From an uncultured Bacteroidales bacterium (GTDB lineage Bacteria; Bacteroidota; Bacteroidia; Bacteroidales; F082): DNA of 32,000 bases. Location of the stretch: positions 32,895 through 64,894 of the forward strand of contig CALBNP010000137.1 of the NCBI GenBank assembly GCA_937896505.1, read 5' to 3'. The notes under the pieces are model-generated. The model worked only from the letters and a program-made list of their open reading frames with translations, searched no databases and was not told the origin of the DNA. This document shows, piece after piece, positions 11,017 through 20,100 of the stretch. The position numbers and the translations under genes are program-made. The number at the start of each line of letters is the position of its first letter. The first letter of the stretch is position 1.

Positions 11017-12594
11017 TTATGCGAATTGTTCACCTAACAGGAGGGCTTCTTCTTTCAGCACAGCCTTGATTTCGTCGTCAATCTTGCCTGATTTCAGCTT
11101 GTTGAGCACATCTTTGTGCTTTACTTCCATCAGGTCGAGGTATTGCTTTTCGAATTCGAGCACGCGGTTGCCTGGCACCTTGGCGAGCAGGCCGTTGGTA
11201 CCGCAGAAGATGATGGCAATCTGTTTTTCGACCGGCATTGGCGAGTATTGAGGTTGCTTCAGCAGTTCCACGTTCTTGCGGCCCTTGTCGAGGATGGCCA
11301 TGGTGGCAGCATCGAGTTCGGCACCGAACTTCGAGAAGGCTTCCATCTCACGGAATTGTGCCTGGTCGAGCTTCAGTGTACCTGCCACCTTCTTCATTGA
11401 CTTGATTTGAGCGTTACCACCCACACGCGATACCGAGATACCCACGTTGATGGCAGGACGGATACCGGCATTGAAGAGGTTGGTCTCCAAGAAGATCTGA
11501 CCATCGGTGATGGAGATGACGTTGGTAGGAATGTAGGCCGACACGTCGCCAGCTTGGGTTTCGATGATAGGTAGGGCAGTCATTGAACCGCCACCTTTCA
11601 CGATGTCTTTCATCGACTCTGGCAAGTCGTTCATCTTGCGAGCCACATCGTCGTTCTTGATGATTTTTGCGGCGCGTTCGAGCAGACGGCTGTGGAGGTA
11701 GAAGATATCGCCTGGATAAGCTTCACGCCCTGGGGGACGACGAAGAATCAGTGAGACTTCACGATAGGCTACGGCTTGCTTTGAGAGGTCGTCGTAGATG
11801 ACCAAGGCATGGCGGCCTGAGTCGCGGAAGTATTCGGCGATGGCAGCGCCAGCGTATGGTGCGTAGAACTGCATGGCGGCTGGGTCGGAAGCGGTGGCCG
11901 ACACCACGATGGTATAGTCCATGGCACCGTTCTCTTCCAAGACCTTCACCAAATTGGCTACGGTTGAGCCTTTTTGGCCTACTGCAACATAAATGCAATA
12001 TACAGGGTCGCCGTTCTTGAAGTTTTCCTTCTGGTTGATGATGGTGTCGATGGCGATAGCGGTCTTTCCCGTTTGGCGGTCGCCGATGATAAGCTCACGT
12101 TGTCCGCGGCCGATAGGAATCATGGCATCGACGGCTTTCAGACCGGTTTGCAGTGGCTCATTGACGGGTTGACGATAGATGACGCCAGGAGCCTTGCGTT
12201 CGAGAGGCATTTCGTAAGTCTTGCCACAGATGGGACCTTTACCATCGATAGGCAAGCCCAAACCATCCACCACACGGCCCAACATGCCCTCGCCAGCCAA
12301 TACGGAAGCGATGCGTTGGGTACGCTTCACGGTTTCGCCTTCCTTGATGCCTTCGGTAGGGCCAAGGAGCACGACACCGACGTTGTCTTCTTCCAGGTTG
12401 AGCACGACGCCCATGGTGCCGTTTTCGAACTGCACCAATTCGTTGGCTTGAACGTTGTCCAATCCATAGATGTGGGCCACGCCGTCGCTCACTTGCAGCA
12501 CCTTGCCGATTTCCTCAAACTGGATACGGTTGCTCAGGTTCTGGAGCTGTTGCTGCAGAATGCTTGATATTTCACTTGGTTTGATGTTTGACAT
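11017..12594 (-). CDS. atpA: F-type ATP synthase subunit alpha
   Basis: 525-aa ORF. Walker [12 protein letters not shown], with alpha-type N- and C-terminal domains. Confidence 0.97.
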   Translation of the reverse strand: MSNIKPSEISSILQQQLQNLSNRIQFEEIGKVLQVSDGVAHIYGLDNVQANELVQFENGTMGVVLNLEEDNVGVVLLGPTEGIKEGETVKRTQRIASVLAGEGMLGRVVDGLGLPIDGKGPICGKTYEMPLERKAPGVIYRQPVNEPLQTGLKAVDAMIPIGRGQRELIIGDRQTGKTAIAIDTIINQKENFKNGDPVYCIYVAVGQKGSTVANLVKVLEENGAMDYTIVVSATASDPAAMQFYAPYAGAAIAEYFRDSGRHALVIYDDLSKQAVAYREVSLILRRPPGREAYPGDIFYLHSRLLERAAKIIKNDDVARKMNDLPESMKDIVKGGGSMTALPIIETQAGDVSAYIPTNVISITDGQIFLETNLFNAGIRPAINVGISVSRVGGNAQIKSMKKVAGTLKLDQAQFREMEAFSKFGAELDAATMAILDKGRKNVELLKQPQYSPMPVEKQIAIIFCGTNGLLAKVPGNRVLEFEKQYLDLMEVKHKDVLNKLKSGKIDDEIKAVLKEEALLLGEQFA

Positions 12595-12613
12595 ATATCT
12601 GTATTTTATTCTT

Positions 12614-13150
12614 TTACTTCAGTTTTTTCTTCAGCGCTTCGAGTTGCCCGGCTACCGAGGCATCCATGCGGTCGTTTTCGATGTCGAGGATGAAACCACC
12701 GATGATGCTTGGGTCAATGGTGATTTGCATTTCGGCATGGCAGTCGAAGTTTTGCTCCACGAAGCCTTTCAGCTTGCGCATGGTCTCGTCAGGAAGTTCG
12801 GTGGCGGTGGTCACATGGGTGAGCAGGATGTCTTTCGAGTCGCGATACATCTCTTGGTATTTCATGGCGATGCGATAGATGCTGCTCTCTCGTTTCTGTT
12901 GGGCCACAAACTCGATGAAATGTTCCAGGCAAGGGTGGAGTGGCTCGCCCACAGCAGCCTTCACGAGGTTGACTTTCTCTTCCGTCCCGATGATGGGGTT
13001 GGTGAGGACCTCGTTGAACTGTGCTATGGCCAAGTCATAATTTTGGGTGAGACGCATCAAGCCTTCATACACTTCCTGCTCGCAATGTTCTTGTCGTGTG
13101 AGGTTAAGCAAGGCGCGTGCGTATCTGACCGATATCTTTCCGTTGTCCAT
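12614..13150 (-). CDS. atpH: F-type ATP synthase subunit delta (OSCP)
   Basis: 178-aa ORF. The N-terminus ([12 protein letters not shown]) and its position between b and alpha are OSCP-like. Confidence 0.85.
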   Translation of the reverse strand: MDNGKISVRYARALLNLTRQEHCEQEVYEGLMRLTQNYDLAIAQFNEVLTNPIIGTEEKVNLVKAAVGEPLHPCLEHFIEFVAQQKRESSIYRIAMKYQEMYRDSKDILLTHVTTATELPDETMRKLKGFVEQNFDCHAEMQITIDPSIIGGFILDIENDRMDASVAGQLEALKKKLK

Positions 13151-13155
13151 AGTCG

Positions 13156-13656
13156 TTATGCTTCAATCTGTTGGTTGCTGCGAAGCAGCTTTTCGATATA
13201 GTCGCTCTGCTTGTTCTGCTCTTTCAGTTCGCTTTGCAGAAGCTTTTCGGCGATGTCAACCGAGAGGGTGATGACTTGGCTCTTGATTTCGGCCATGGCT
13301 TCGGCCTGCTCCTTTTCGATGCGCAGACGTGCGTCGGCGACAATCTTTTCGGCCTCTATGCGGGCTTGCTGCTTGGCTTCTTCGATGAGTTGCGTCTTCA
13401 TCTCCTGACTTTCTTTCATGATGCGAAGTTGCTCGGCTTGCGATTCGGCCAAGGCTTCCTTCTTGCGTTGCTCAATGCCAGCCAAGGCGTTGTTGGCTTC
13501 TTCTGCCGCCATCAACGAGTCGGCGATGTATGTGTTGCGCTTTTCGACAGCACCCATGATCATGGGCCAACCCACTTTGGCAAGGATGGCAAACACGATG
13601 AGGAAGGCTATCAGCATCCATATAACTAAACCGCTTTCAGGGAGAAATAAATCCAT
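13156..13656 (-). CDS. atpF: F-type ATP synthase subunit b
   Basis: 166-aa ORF. A single N-terminal TM helix is followed by a long charged coiled coil (AEEANNALAGIEQRKKEALAESQAEQLRI...). Confidence 0.9.
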   Translation of the reverse strand: MDLFLPESGLVIWMLIAFLIVFAILAKVGWPMIMGAVEKRNTYIADSLMAAEEANNALAGIEQRKKEALAESQAEQLRIMKESQEMKTQLIEEAKQQARIEAEKIVADARLRIEKEQAEAMAEIKSQVITLSVDIAEKLLQSELKEQNKQSDYIEKLLRSNQQIEA

Positions 13657-13682
13657 TTTGTTGTCTTTTTAAGGGTTAAAGT

Positions 13683-13711
13683 GTCGGAGGCTTGTCAGCC
13701 AAGCCCCCGAC
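13683..13711 (-). promoter_or_regulatory. Intercistronic stem-loop between atpE (c) and atpF (b)
   Basis: gtcgg-a-ggcttg / caagcc-c-ccgac: an 11-bp interrupted, GC-rich stem. No U-run follows on the mRNA strand, so it looks like a stabiliser or partial attenuator rather than a full terminator. Confidence 0.45.
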
Positions 13712-13724
13712 GAATTTAAGGTGA

Positions 13725-13970
13725 TTAGCCGAGAACAGCCAACAGGCAGACGACGATGGCGAAAAGAGTTGCACCTTCGACGAGAGCACCAGCGATGATC
13801 ATGCCTGATTGGATTTTGCTTGCTGCTTCAGGCTGACGTGCCATGGCTTCCATGGCTGATTGACCGATTTTACCGATACCGAAACCTGCACCGATGACGG
13901 CGATAGATGCAGCGATGGCTGCCAGACCTGGAGCGAATGAAGCTGCATCGAGAAGGATTGATAATAACAT
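13725..13970 (-). CDS. atpE: F-type ATP synthase subunit c (proteolipid)
   Basis: 81-aa two-helix hairpin with the ARQPEA loop and a carboxylate in helix 2 (GALVEGATLF). Confidence 0.95.
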   Translation of the reverse strand: MLLSILLDAASFAPGLAAIAASIAVIGAGFGIGKIGQSAMEAMARQPEAASKIQSGMIIAGALVEGATLFAIVVCLLAVLG

Positions 13971-14256
13971 GATTGATTGAATTTAGTTTGTTAATGGATT
14001 ATGTTTGTTTGTTTATTTGTTTATTGTTTATTTGTTGAATTGATTATTGGACTTTGGGACATTTAGACTTGTGGACTAAGGGACTTGTGGATATTTAGAC
14101 TTTTTTGACTTTGGGACTTTGTGGGATGCTGAGCTGCTTCCTGAGCGGTGGCTGCTGAACGGAGCCGAAGCAAGTCGAAGGGGAGCCGAAGCGTCGTTTC
14201 TCATTATTCTCAATTTTCAATTCTATCCTTAATTCTCAATTCTTAATTAAAAAAAC
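13971..14256 (-). repeat. 286-bp repeat-filled atpB-atpE spacer (four low-complexity modules)
   Basis: Plus-strand view. 13971-14051 has no C, so the mRNA has no G. About 14048-14127 holds tandem gacttTGGGa / gacttGTGGa-type units. About 14128-14196 is GC-rich with gagccgaagc twice. About 14197-14250 holds attctcaat / tttcaattc / ttaattctcaat units. Confidence 0.8.
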
Positions 14257-15399
14257 TCACTCTTCCTCCGGTTCATGTTGCGCCATTCCGATGAAGAGCG
14301 ACGACAAGATGGTGAACACGTAGGCTTGGATGTAAGCCACCAGCAGTTCCAAGCAAGTCATGAAGATGGTCATGAAGATGGATACGATGGATATCACGCC
14401 GCCCATGCCTGCGCCATACATGCCACCGATGATGAAAATCAAGGCCATGAGCACCATGATGATGATGTGACCGGCAAGGATGTTGGCGAACAGACGGACC
14501 ATCAGGGCGAAAGGCTTGGTGATGGTGGAGATTAATTCGATGATAGGCATCAGCGGGAAGGCCTTCAGGAAGATAGGAACATCGGGCCAAAGGATGTCTT
14601 TCCAATAGTGTTTGTTGCCGAAGATGTTGACGAAGAAATAGGTCAGCAGGGCAAGCACGATGGTGATGCTGAGGTTACCTGTCACGTTGGCGCTGAAGGG
14701 GAACAAGGGAATTAGGCCGAACAGGTTGGCGAAGAAGATGAAGAAAAACGCCGTCAGAAGATAGGGAGCGAATTTCTTTACTTTCTTTTCGGGGATGTTG
14801 GGAGCGATGATGCCGTCAATAACCGAGTAGGTGAGCCATTCCACCATGCCTTGGTATTTGGTAGGCTGGCCCATCGGGTCTTTCTTGTATTTGTAGGCGG
14901 CAGGCAGGAAGAAGGCCAAGAGGAAGACGCACACGAGGAAGATGCCGAAGGCATTCTTGGTGAACGAGATGTCGAATGGCCGCTTGAGTTCGCCTGTACT
15001 GCTCACTTCAACCAGCTTGCCTGGATATTTGGCGGCGTTGATAGGGGAGATGTAGAAGTTGGAACCTTTGTGGTTGAAGGTCTCGCCTTCTTTCAGCTCG
15101 CAGACGTGTTTCGACGAAAAACAGTGCCAGCCCGTTTCCTTGCTCCTGACGATGACGGGAAGCCATATGCAAACAGGCTTCTCGTGAATCTCCGTGATGT
15201 GGTAACAGTAACTGTCGCCCGTGTGCCCGAAGATGAACGACTTGGCATCGAACTTCTCGGGTTTGGCTTCTGCCTCTTCGCTGATGGTCTCTTCGACTTG
15301 CGCATCGGCTTCCTCGGCTTGGGCAAAGCCGTGCAAGGGTACGAAGGCCATCAAGGCGACGAGTAGGATGAGCGTTATGGATTTGAAAACATTATTCAT
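14257..15399 (-). CDS. atpB: F-type ATP synthase subunit a, with a roughly 150-aa N-terminal extension carrying a signal peptide
   Basis: 380-aa ORF. The stator arginine motif MVRLFANILAGH and the C-terminal TM bundle are present. The N-terminus MNNVFKSITLILLVALMAFVPLHGFAQA looks like a cleavable signal peptide, followed by an acidic linker and a Cys-containing soluble domain. Confidence 0.9.
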   Translation of the reverse strand: MNNVFKSITLILLVALMAFVPLHGFAQAEEADAQVEETISEEAEAKPEKFDAKSFIFGHTGDSYCYHITEIHEKPVCIWLPVIVRSKETGWHCFSSKHVCELKEGETFNHKGSNFYISPINAAKYPGKLVEVSSTGELKRPFDISFTKNAFGIFLVCVFLLAFFLPAAYKYKKDPMGQPTKYQGMVEWLTYSVIDGIIAPNIPEKKVKKFAPYLLTAFFFIFFANLFGLIPLFPFSANVTGNLSITIVLALLTYFFVNIFGNKHYWKDILWPDVPIFLKAFPLMPIIELISTITKPFALMVRLFANILAGHIIIMVLMALIFIIGGMYGAGMGGVISIVSIFMTIFMTCLELLVAYIQAYVFTILSSLFIGMAQHEPEEE

Positions 15400-15790
15400 G
15401 TTTACTCTCTTTGTTGAGGTTCTTTATGTAGTGGGTATAGACGCTGGTCTCGATAACCAACGCGACGAGATAGGATATTGCGGTGATGATAAGGAACGGC
15501 TTGAAGCTTTGCTTGACGAAGATGACGAAAAGCACCAACGCAACGATGGTTACCACTAGCTTGATGCCTTTGTAGATGTAGATCCATGCCAGCTTGGATG
15601 GGTCGGCTTCCACGTTTTTCTTCATCATCTGGCAATAGAAAGCACCGAGGATCATGAAGATATTCGGAATGGATATCATCCAATTGTTCCACCATGCTTT
15701 TCCGGAAAAGCCACAGAGAAGGATTCCGTCGAGCACGAGGCAGACCAAAAGGAAGATGGTCAAATACTTTGTTGTCGGGTCTTTTTTCAT
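15392..15790 (-). CDS. Small 4-TM membrane protein within the F-ATPase operon (AtpI/AtpZ-like position; family not recognised)
   Basis: 132-aa hydrophobic ORF. It is translationally coupled on both sides, overlapping the atpC stop by 4 nt and the atpB start by 8 nt. Confidence 0.6.
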   Translation of the reverse strand: MKKDPTTKYLTIFLLVCLVLDGILLCGFSGKAWWNNWMISIPNIFMILGAFYCQMMKKNVEADPSKLAWIYIYKGIKLVVTIVALVLFVIFVKQSFKPFLIITAISYLVALVIETSVYTHYIKNLNKESKHE

Positions 15791-16026
15791 ATCTCAGCGC
15801 AAACAATCAGCGTGTTGTCATGGTTTTCGCAAAAGCCGCCCTTGATGGCAAACTCAAGTCCTTCCCCGTTTTCTTGGGTGAGGCTTATCTTGCCTGCTTC
15901 GAGGATGGCCACGATGGCGGCATGATGTTCAAGTAGGGTGAACGGGCCTTGCTTGCTCGGTACCGTCACCGAACTCACCGTTCCGGAGAACAGTTTTGAA
16001 TCGGGGGTGATGATTTCGACTTTCAT
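15787..16026 (-). CDS. atpC: F-type ATP synthase subunit epsilon, short form (beta-sandwich only)
   Basis: 79-aa ORF, MKVEIITPDSKLFSGTVSSVTVPSKQGPFTLLEHHAAIVAIL... This matches the epsilon N-terminal domain, and no C-terminal helical hairpin is encoded. Confidence 0.85.
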   Translation of the reverse strand: MKVEIITPDSKLFSGTVSSVTVPSKQGPFTLLEHHAAIVAILEAGKISLTQENGEGLEFAIKGGFCENHDNTLIVCAEI

Positions 16027-16038
16027 GACACCTAAATA

Positions 16039-17679
<1,641 letters not shown>

Positions 17680-17681
17680 CT

Positions 17682-18233
17682 ATGAAGCAAGACGACGATA
17701 TGAAATGGAAAGTGCTCGAGAGCGAAACGCTCTTCGGCGAGTTGTGGCTCAACGCGCGCCGCGACAAGGTGCAACTGCCTGATGGCCGCATTTATGACAG
17801 TTATTATGTGTTGCACTATCCCGATTGGGTGAATGTCATTGCCATTACCGACGATGGCCTTGTCGTGCTCGAACGGCAGTATCGCCACGGAATAGCATCG
17901 GTTTCGACTGAGATTGTGGCTGGATGTGTCGAGCCTGGTGAAGCGCCTTTGGAGGCAGCGCAGCGCGAGCTGATGGAAGAGACGGGCTTCGGTGGCGGCA
18001 CCTGGACGCCGTTGATGACTCTTGCGCCAAATGCCAGCACGCAAGACAACCGCTGCCATTGTTTCCTTGCCGAAGGTGTCACCTTGCAAGGTCAGCAGCA
18101 TCTCGATGCTACGGAAGATATCCGTGTCATGCTCTATTCGAAAGAAGAGGTGAAACAGATGCTCGATGCAGGCGAATTCGTCCAAGCCATGATGGTGGCT
18201 CCGCTGCTCAAGGTGTTTGGATGCTGGAAATGA
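17682..18233 (+). CDS. NUDIX hydrolase (ADP-ribose pyrophosphatase-like)
   Basis: The Nudix box GCVEPGEAPLEAAQRELMEETG fits the GX5EX7REUXEEXGU pattern. The start is placed at 17682 (MKQDDDMKWKV), downstream of the -7 box. The ATG at 17700 (MKWKVLE) is an equally plausible start. Confidence 0.85.
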   Translation: MKQDDDMKWKVLESETLFGELWLNARRDKVQLPDGRIYDSYYVLHYPDWVNVIAITDDGLVVLERQYRHGIASVSTEIVAGCVEPGEAPLEAAQRELMEETGFGGGTWTPLMTLAPNASTQDNRCHCFLAEGVTLQGQQHLDATEDIRVMLYSKEEVKQMLDAGEFVQAMMVAPLLKVFGCWK

Positions 18234-18290
18234 AGTTTCAGTTCCCCGTCACCAATACACCATCGTTCTGTCATCAAGGGGACAAGTAGG

Positions 18291-18420
18291 GGACAAGGCC
18301 GCACTTTCTTCTTGGTTTCCGCACACTTTTTTCGGAGCTTCTTCGGTCATTCACCGAAGAACCCCCGAAGAAACCTACTAGTTGGTGCGGCCGAGAAGGC
18401 AACTTGGTGCGGCCTTGGTC
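18291..18420. repeat. 130-bp compound imperfect palindrome (nested helices) in the NUDIX / T9SS-gene intergenic region
   Basis: The core hairpin is 18327-18373 (21-bp arms, 18/21 paired, 5-nt loop cattc). It is flanked by ccgcac (18319-18324) / gtgcgg (18385-18390), and outside those by gacaaggccgcac (18291-18303) / gtgcggccttggtc (18407-18420). Confidence 0.7.
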
Positions 18421-18526
18421 ATGCTGTGATTTGCTGATTTTGGTTGTCACAGTTGTGTCATACGACTGGCCCAAGTTGACGGGTTAAAGGATGTTTTTCC
18501 GTTTTTAATAATTCTTAGAGTCTGTC

Positions 18527-18551
18527 TTGATTTAGGTGAAACAAATAACAA
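18527..18551 (+). repeat. Copy 1 of a perfect 25-bp direct repeat ttgatttaggtgaaacaaataacaa
   Basis: Identical to 20099-20123. The two copies bracket the T9SS cargo gene and its promoter. Confidence 0.9.
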
Positions 18552-18596
18552 TGTCATTTCGACCGTAGGGAAGAAATCTATTGTTATTTGTTCCAC
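18536..18596. repeat. 61-nt hairpin whose 5' arm is part of direct-repeat copy 1
   Basis: gtgaaacaaataacaat (18536-18552) pairs with attgttatttgttccac (18580-18596), 16/17. An inner helix atttc (18556-18560) / gaaat (18573-18577) is also present. Confidence 0.7.
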
Positions 18597-18770
18597 TCGG
18601 GAAAAGCCTTTAGATACCTTCTTTTGTCGGTATGATATGGGTTGGCACCGAAAGATATCAAAAACCGCAAATGTGATTGAAGTGTTGCTTACTAGTGAAC
18701 CCGCCAACCTTTGCCAGCCACCTATATGCAAAAAAGATGTTTTTTGCTGCAAGTTGTTCGAAATTCTCAT

Positions 18771-18778
18771 TATCTTTG
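18771..18778 (+). promoter_or_regulatory. -7 promoter box of the T9SS cargo gene
   Basis: tatctttg at 18771-18778, 25 nt before the ATG at 18804. It lies inside the ORF-track extension that starts at 18711. Confidence 0.6.
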
Positions 18779-18803
18779 CGGACCAACTTTAAAATTTCAA
18801 GCT

Positions 18804-20045
18804 ATGTCAAGATTCTACATTAAAAATTGGATGGTCGTGGCCATCTGCTTGCTGGCAAACGTAGCCTTGTTTGCCCAAACTCCCGATGTGTATGTCGGAG
18901 GCATCCTCAACAGCGAGGGCGCAATCTGGAAGAATGGAGTCGCCGAGGTGATTCCCAACACCGACCAAGTCTTTTTCATTGTATTTGACGGCGATGACGA
19001 ATATGTCGCCGGACGCACAAAGGAAATGGTTCCCGTAGTTTGGAAAAACGGCGAGGAACTCTATAGGTTTGAAGGGGAATATCAAGACAGGTCCATCTCG
19101 TCGATGGCAGTCCGCGATGGTAACGTGTATGTCACTACTATCGATTTGACCCCAACATGGCAAAACGATGCCGCGGTGTGGGTTAATGGCGTGGCTTCGG
19201 AAGACTATGCCGATGCTGTCGAAATCAACGGCATCTTCCTTGATGGCGATGATGTTTATGTGGCAGGTCGCACCTTCGACCAGGCTGTGATCTGGAAAAA
19301 TGCCGAACCTCTTTACACATACTTTTCTGAAGGCACAGGCCTTTTCTGCGATGTGATTGTCGTTGACGGCGATGTGTATTATCTGGGTGGCGACTTTGGT
19401 GGAGGCGCCGGAAAGACGGCCGCGGTGAAGAGCCAGGACGAAGTTCCTGCCCATCAAGAACACGGTAGGGATTTCGGTATCAAGGCTTGGAAGAACGGCG
19501 AGGAACTTTACTACCTCAGCGAAGAGCTTTATGGAGGCCGCATTGCCGTATCGGACGGGAAGGTCTATGTCTCGGGCCAGGCTGCAAGCGGCATGATCTA
19601 TAGGGCCTTCCTGTGGACTGACGGCGAAGCCACTCCCTTGTCCGACGAATGGAGCGGCACAGGAACCATGTGCATCTACGATGGCGACATTTATGTAACC
19701 GGATTCAAGGGCAATTACCCCGAACTCGACGCCTACATCTGGAAGAACGGCGAGCTTGAAACGATTGCCACTGGAGGCTACAACTACGGCAACTGCATCG
19801 TCGTGGTTGATGGAGAGACGAGCGTTGAAGAAAGCCAAGAGACCTTTGCAGTTTTCCCGAATCCGGCCAACGGCTGCATCTCAATCGAAAGCGTTGAGTT
19901 CAGCGAAGCCGCCCTTTACAACAACATGGGACAACTGGTTCTCACCACCAACGAGAGCAGGATTGACGTCACGGCATTGGCATCGGGACTCTACCTGCTG
20001 AAGCTCGACGGCAAAGCCTCGAAAAACATTCTCATCCAGCATTGA
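18804..20045 (+). CDS. Secreted repeat protein with a T9SS C-terminal sorting domain; seven 'W-K-N-G ... V-Y-V-x-G' repeats (predicted beta-propeller)
   Basis: Start at MSRFYIKNWMVVAICLLANVALFAQ (signal peptide). There are seven spaced W[KVT][ND][GA] motifs, each followed by D(G/D)xVYVxG. The last ~70 aa (FAVFPNPANGCISIES...GLYLLKLDG...ILIQH) match the T9SS type-A CTD pattern. Confidence 0.8.
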   Translation: MSRFYIKNWMVVAICLLANVALFAQTPDVYVGGILNSEGAIWKNGVAEVIPNTDQVFFIVFDGDDEYVAGRTKEMVPVVWKNGEELYRFEGEYQDRSISSMAVRDGNVYVTTIDLTPTWQNDAAVWVNGVASEDYADAVEINGIFLDGDDVYVAGRTFDQAVIWKNAEPLYTYFSEGTGLFCDVIVVDGDVYYLGGDFGGGAGKTAAVKSQDEVPAHQEHGRDFGIKAWKNGEELYYLSEELYGGRIAVSDGKVYVSGQAASGMIYRAFLWTDGEATPLSDEWSGTGTMCIYDGDIYVTGFKGNYPELDAYIWKNGELETIATGGYNYGNCIVVVDGETSVEESQETFAVFPNPANGCISIESVEFSEAALYNNMGQLVLTTNESRIDVTALASGLYLLKLDGKASKNILIQH

Positions 20046-20068
20046 TGAGCGTTAATCTGATATGAAGA

Positions 20069-20100
20069 GACGGTCGGGAGCGATTCCGACCGTTTTTTTT
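20069..20100 (+). terminator. Intrinsic terminator of the T9SS cargo gene
   Basis: Stem acggtcgg (20070-20077) / ccgaccgt (20086-20093), followed by T8. Confidence 0.85.

Noticed and set aside
14048-14250. CRISPR-like appearance of the tandem repeats in the atpB-atpE spacer
   Set aside because: The units are only 8-13 nt, degenerate and directly abutting, with no unique spacers. No cas genes are present. This is not a CRISPR array.
15402-15806. 134-aa alternative-frame ORF overlapping the 132-aa membrane-protein gene
   Set aside because: Its composition is basic, Arg/His-rich and non-membrane. The other frame gives a coherent 4-TM protein that is translationally coupled to both neighbours.
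18274-18770. Minus-strand ORFs 18274-18474 (66 aa) and 18447-18770 (107 aa) in the long intergenic region
   Set aside because: The translations are dominated by the palindrome and repeat sequence (GRTKLPSRPHQ, PRRKCGLVP). There is no promoter box in the right position, and the second ORF runs through the promoter of the T9SS gene. I treat the region as non-coding.
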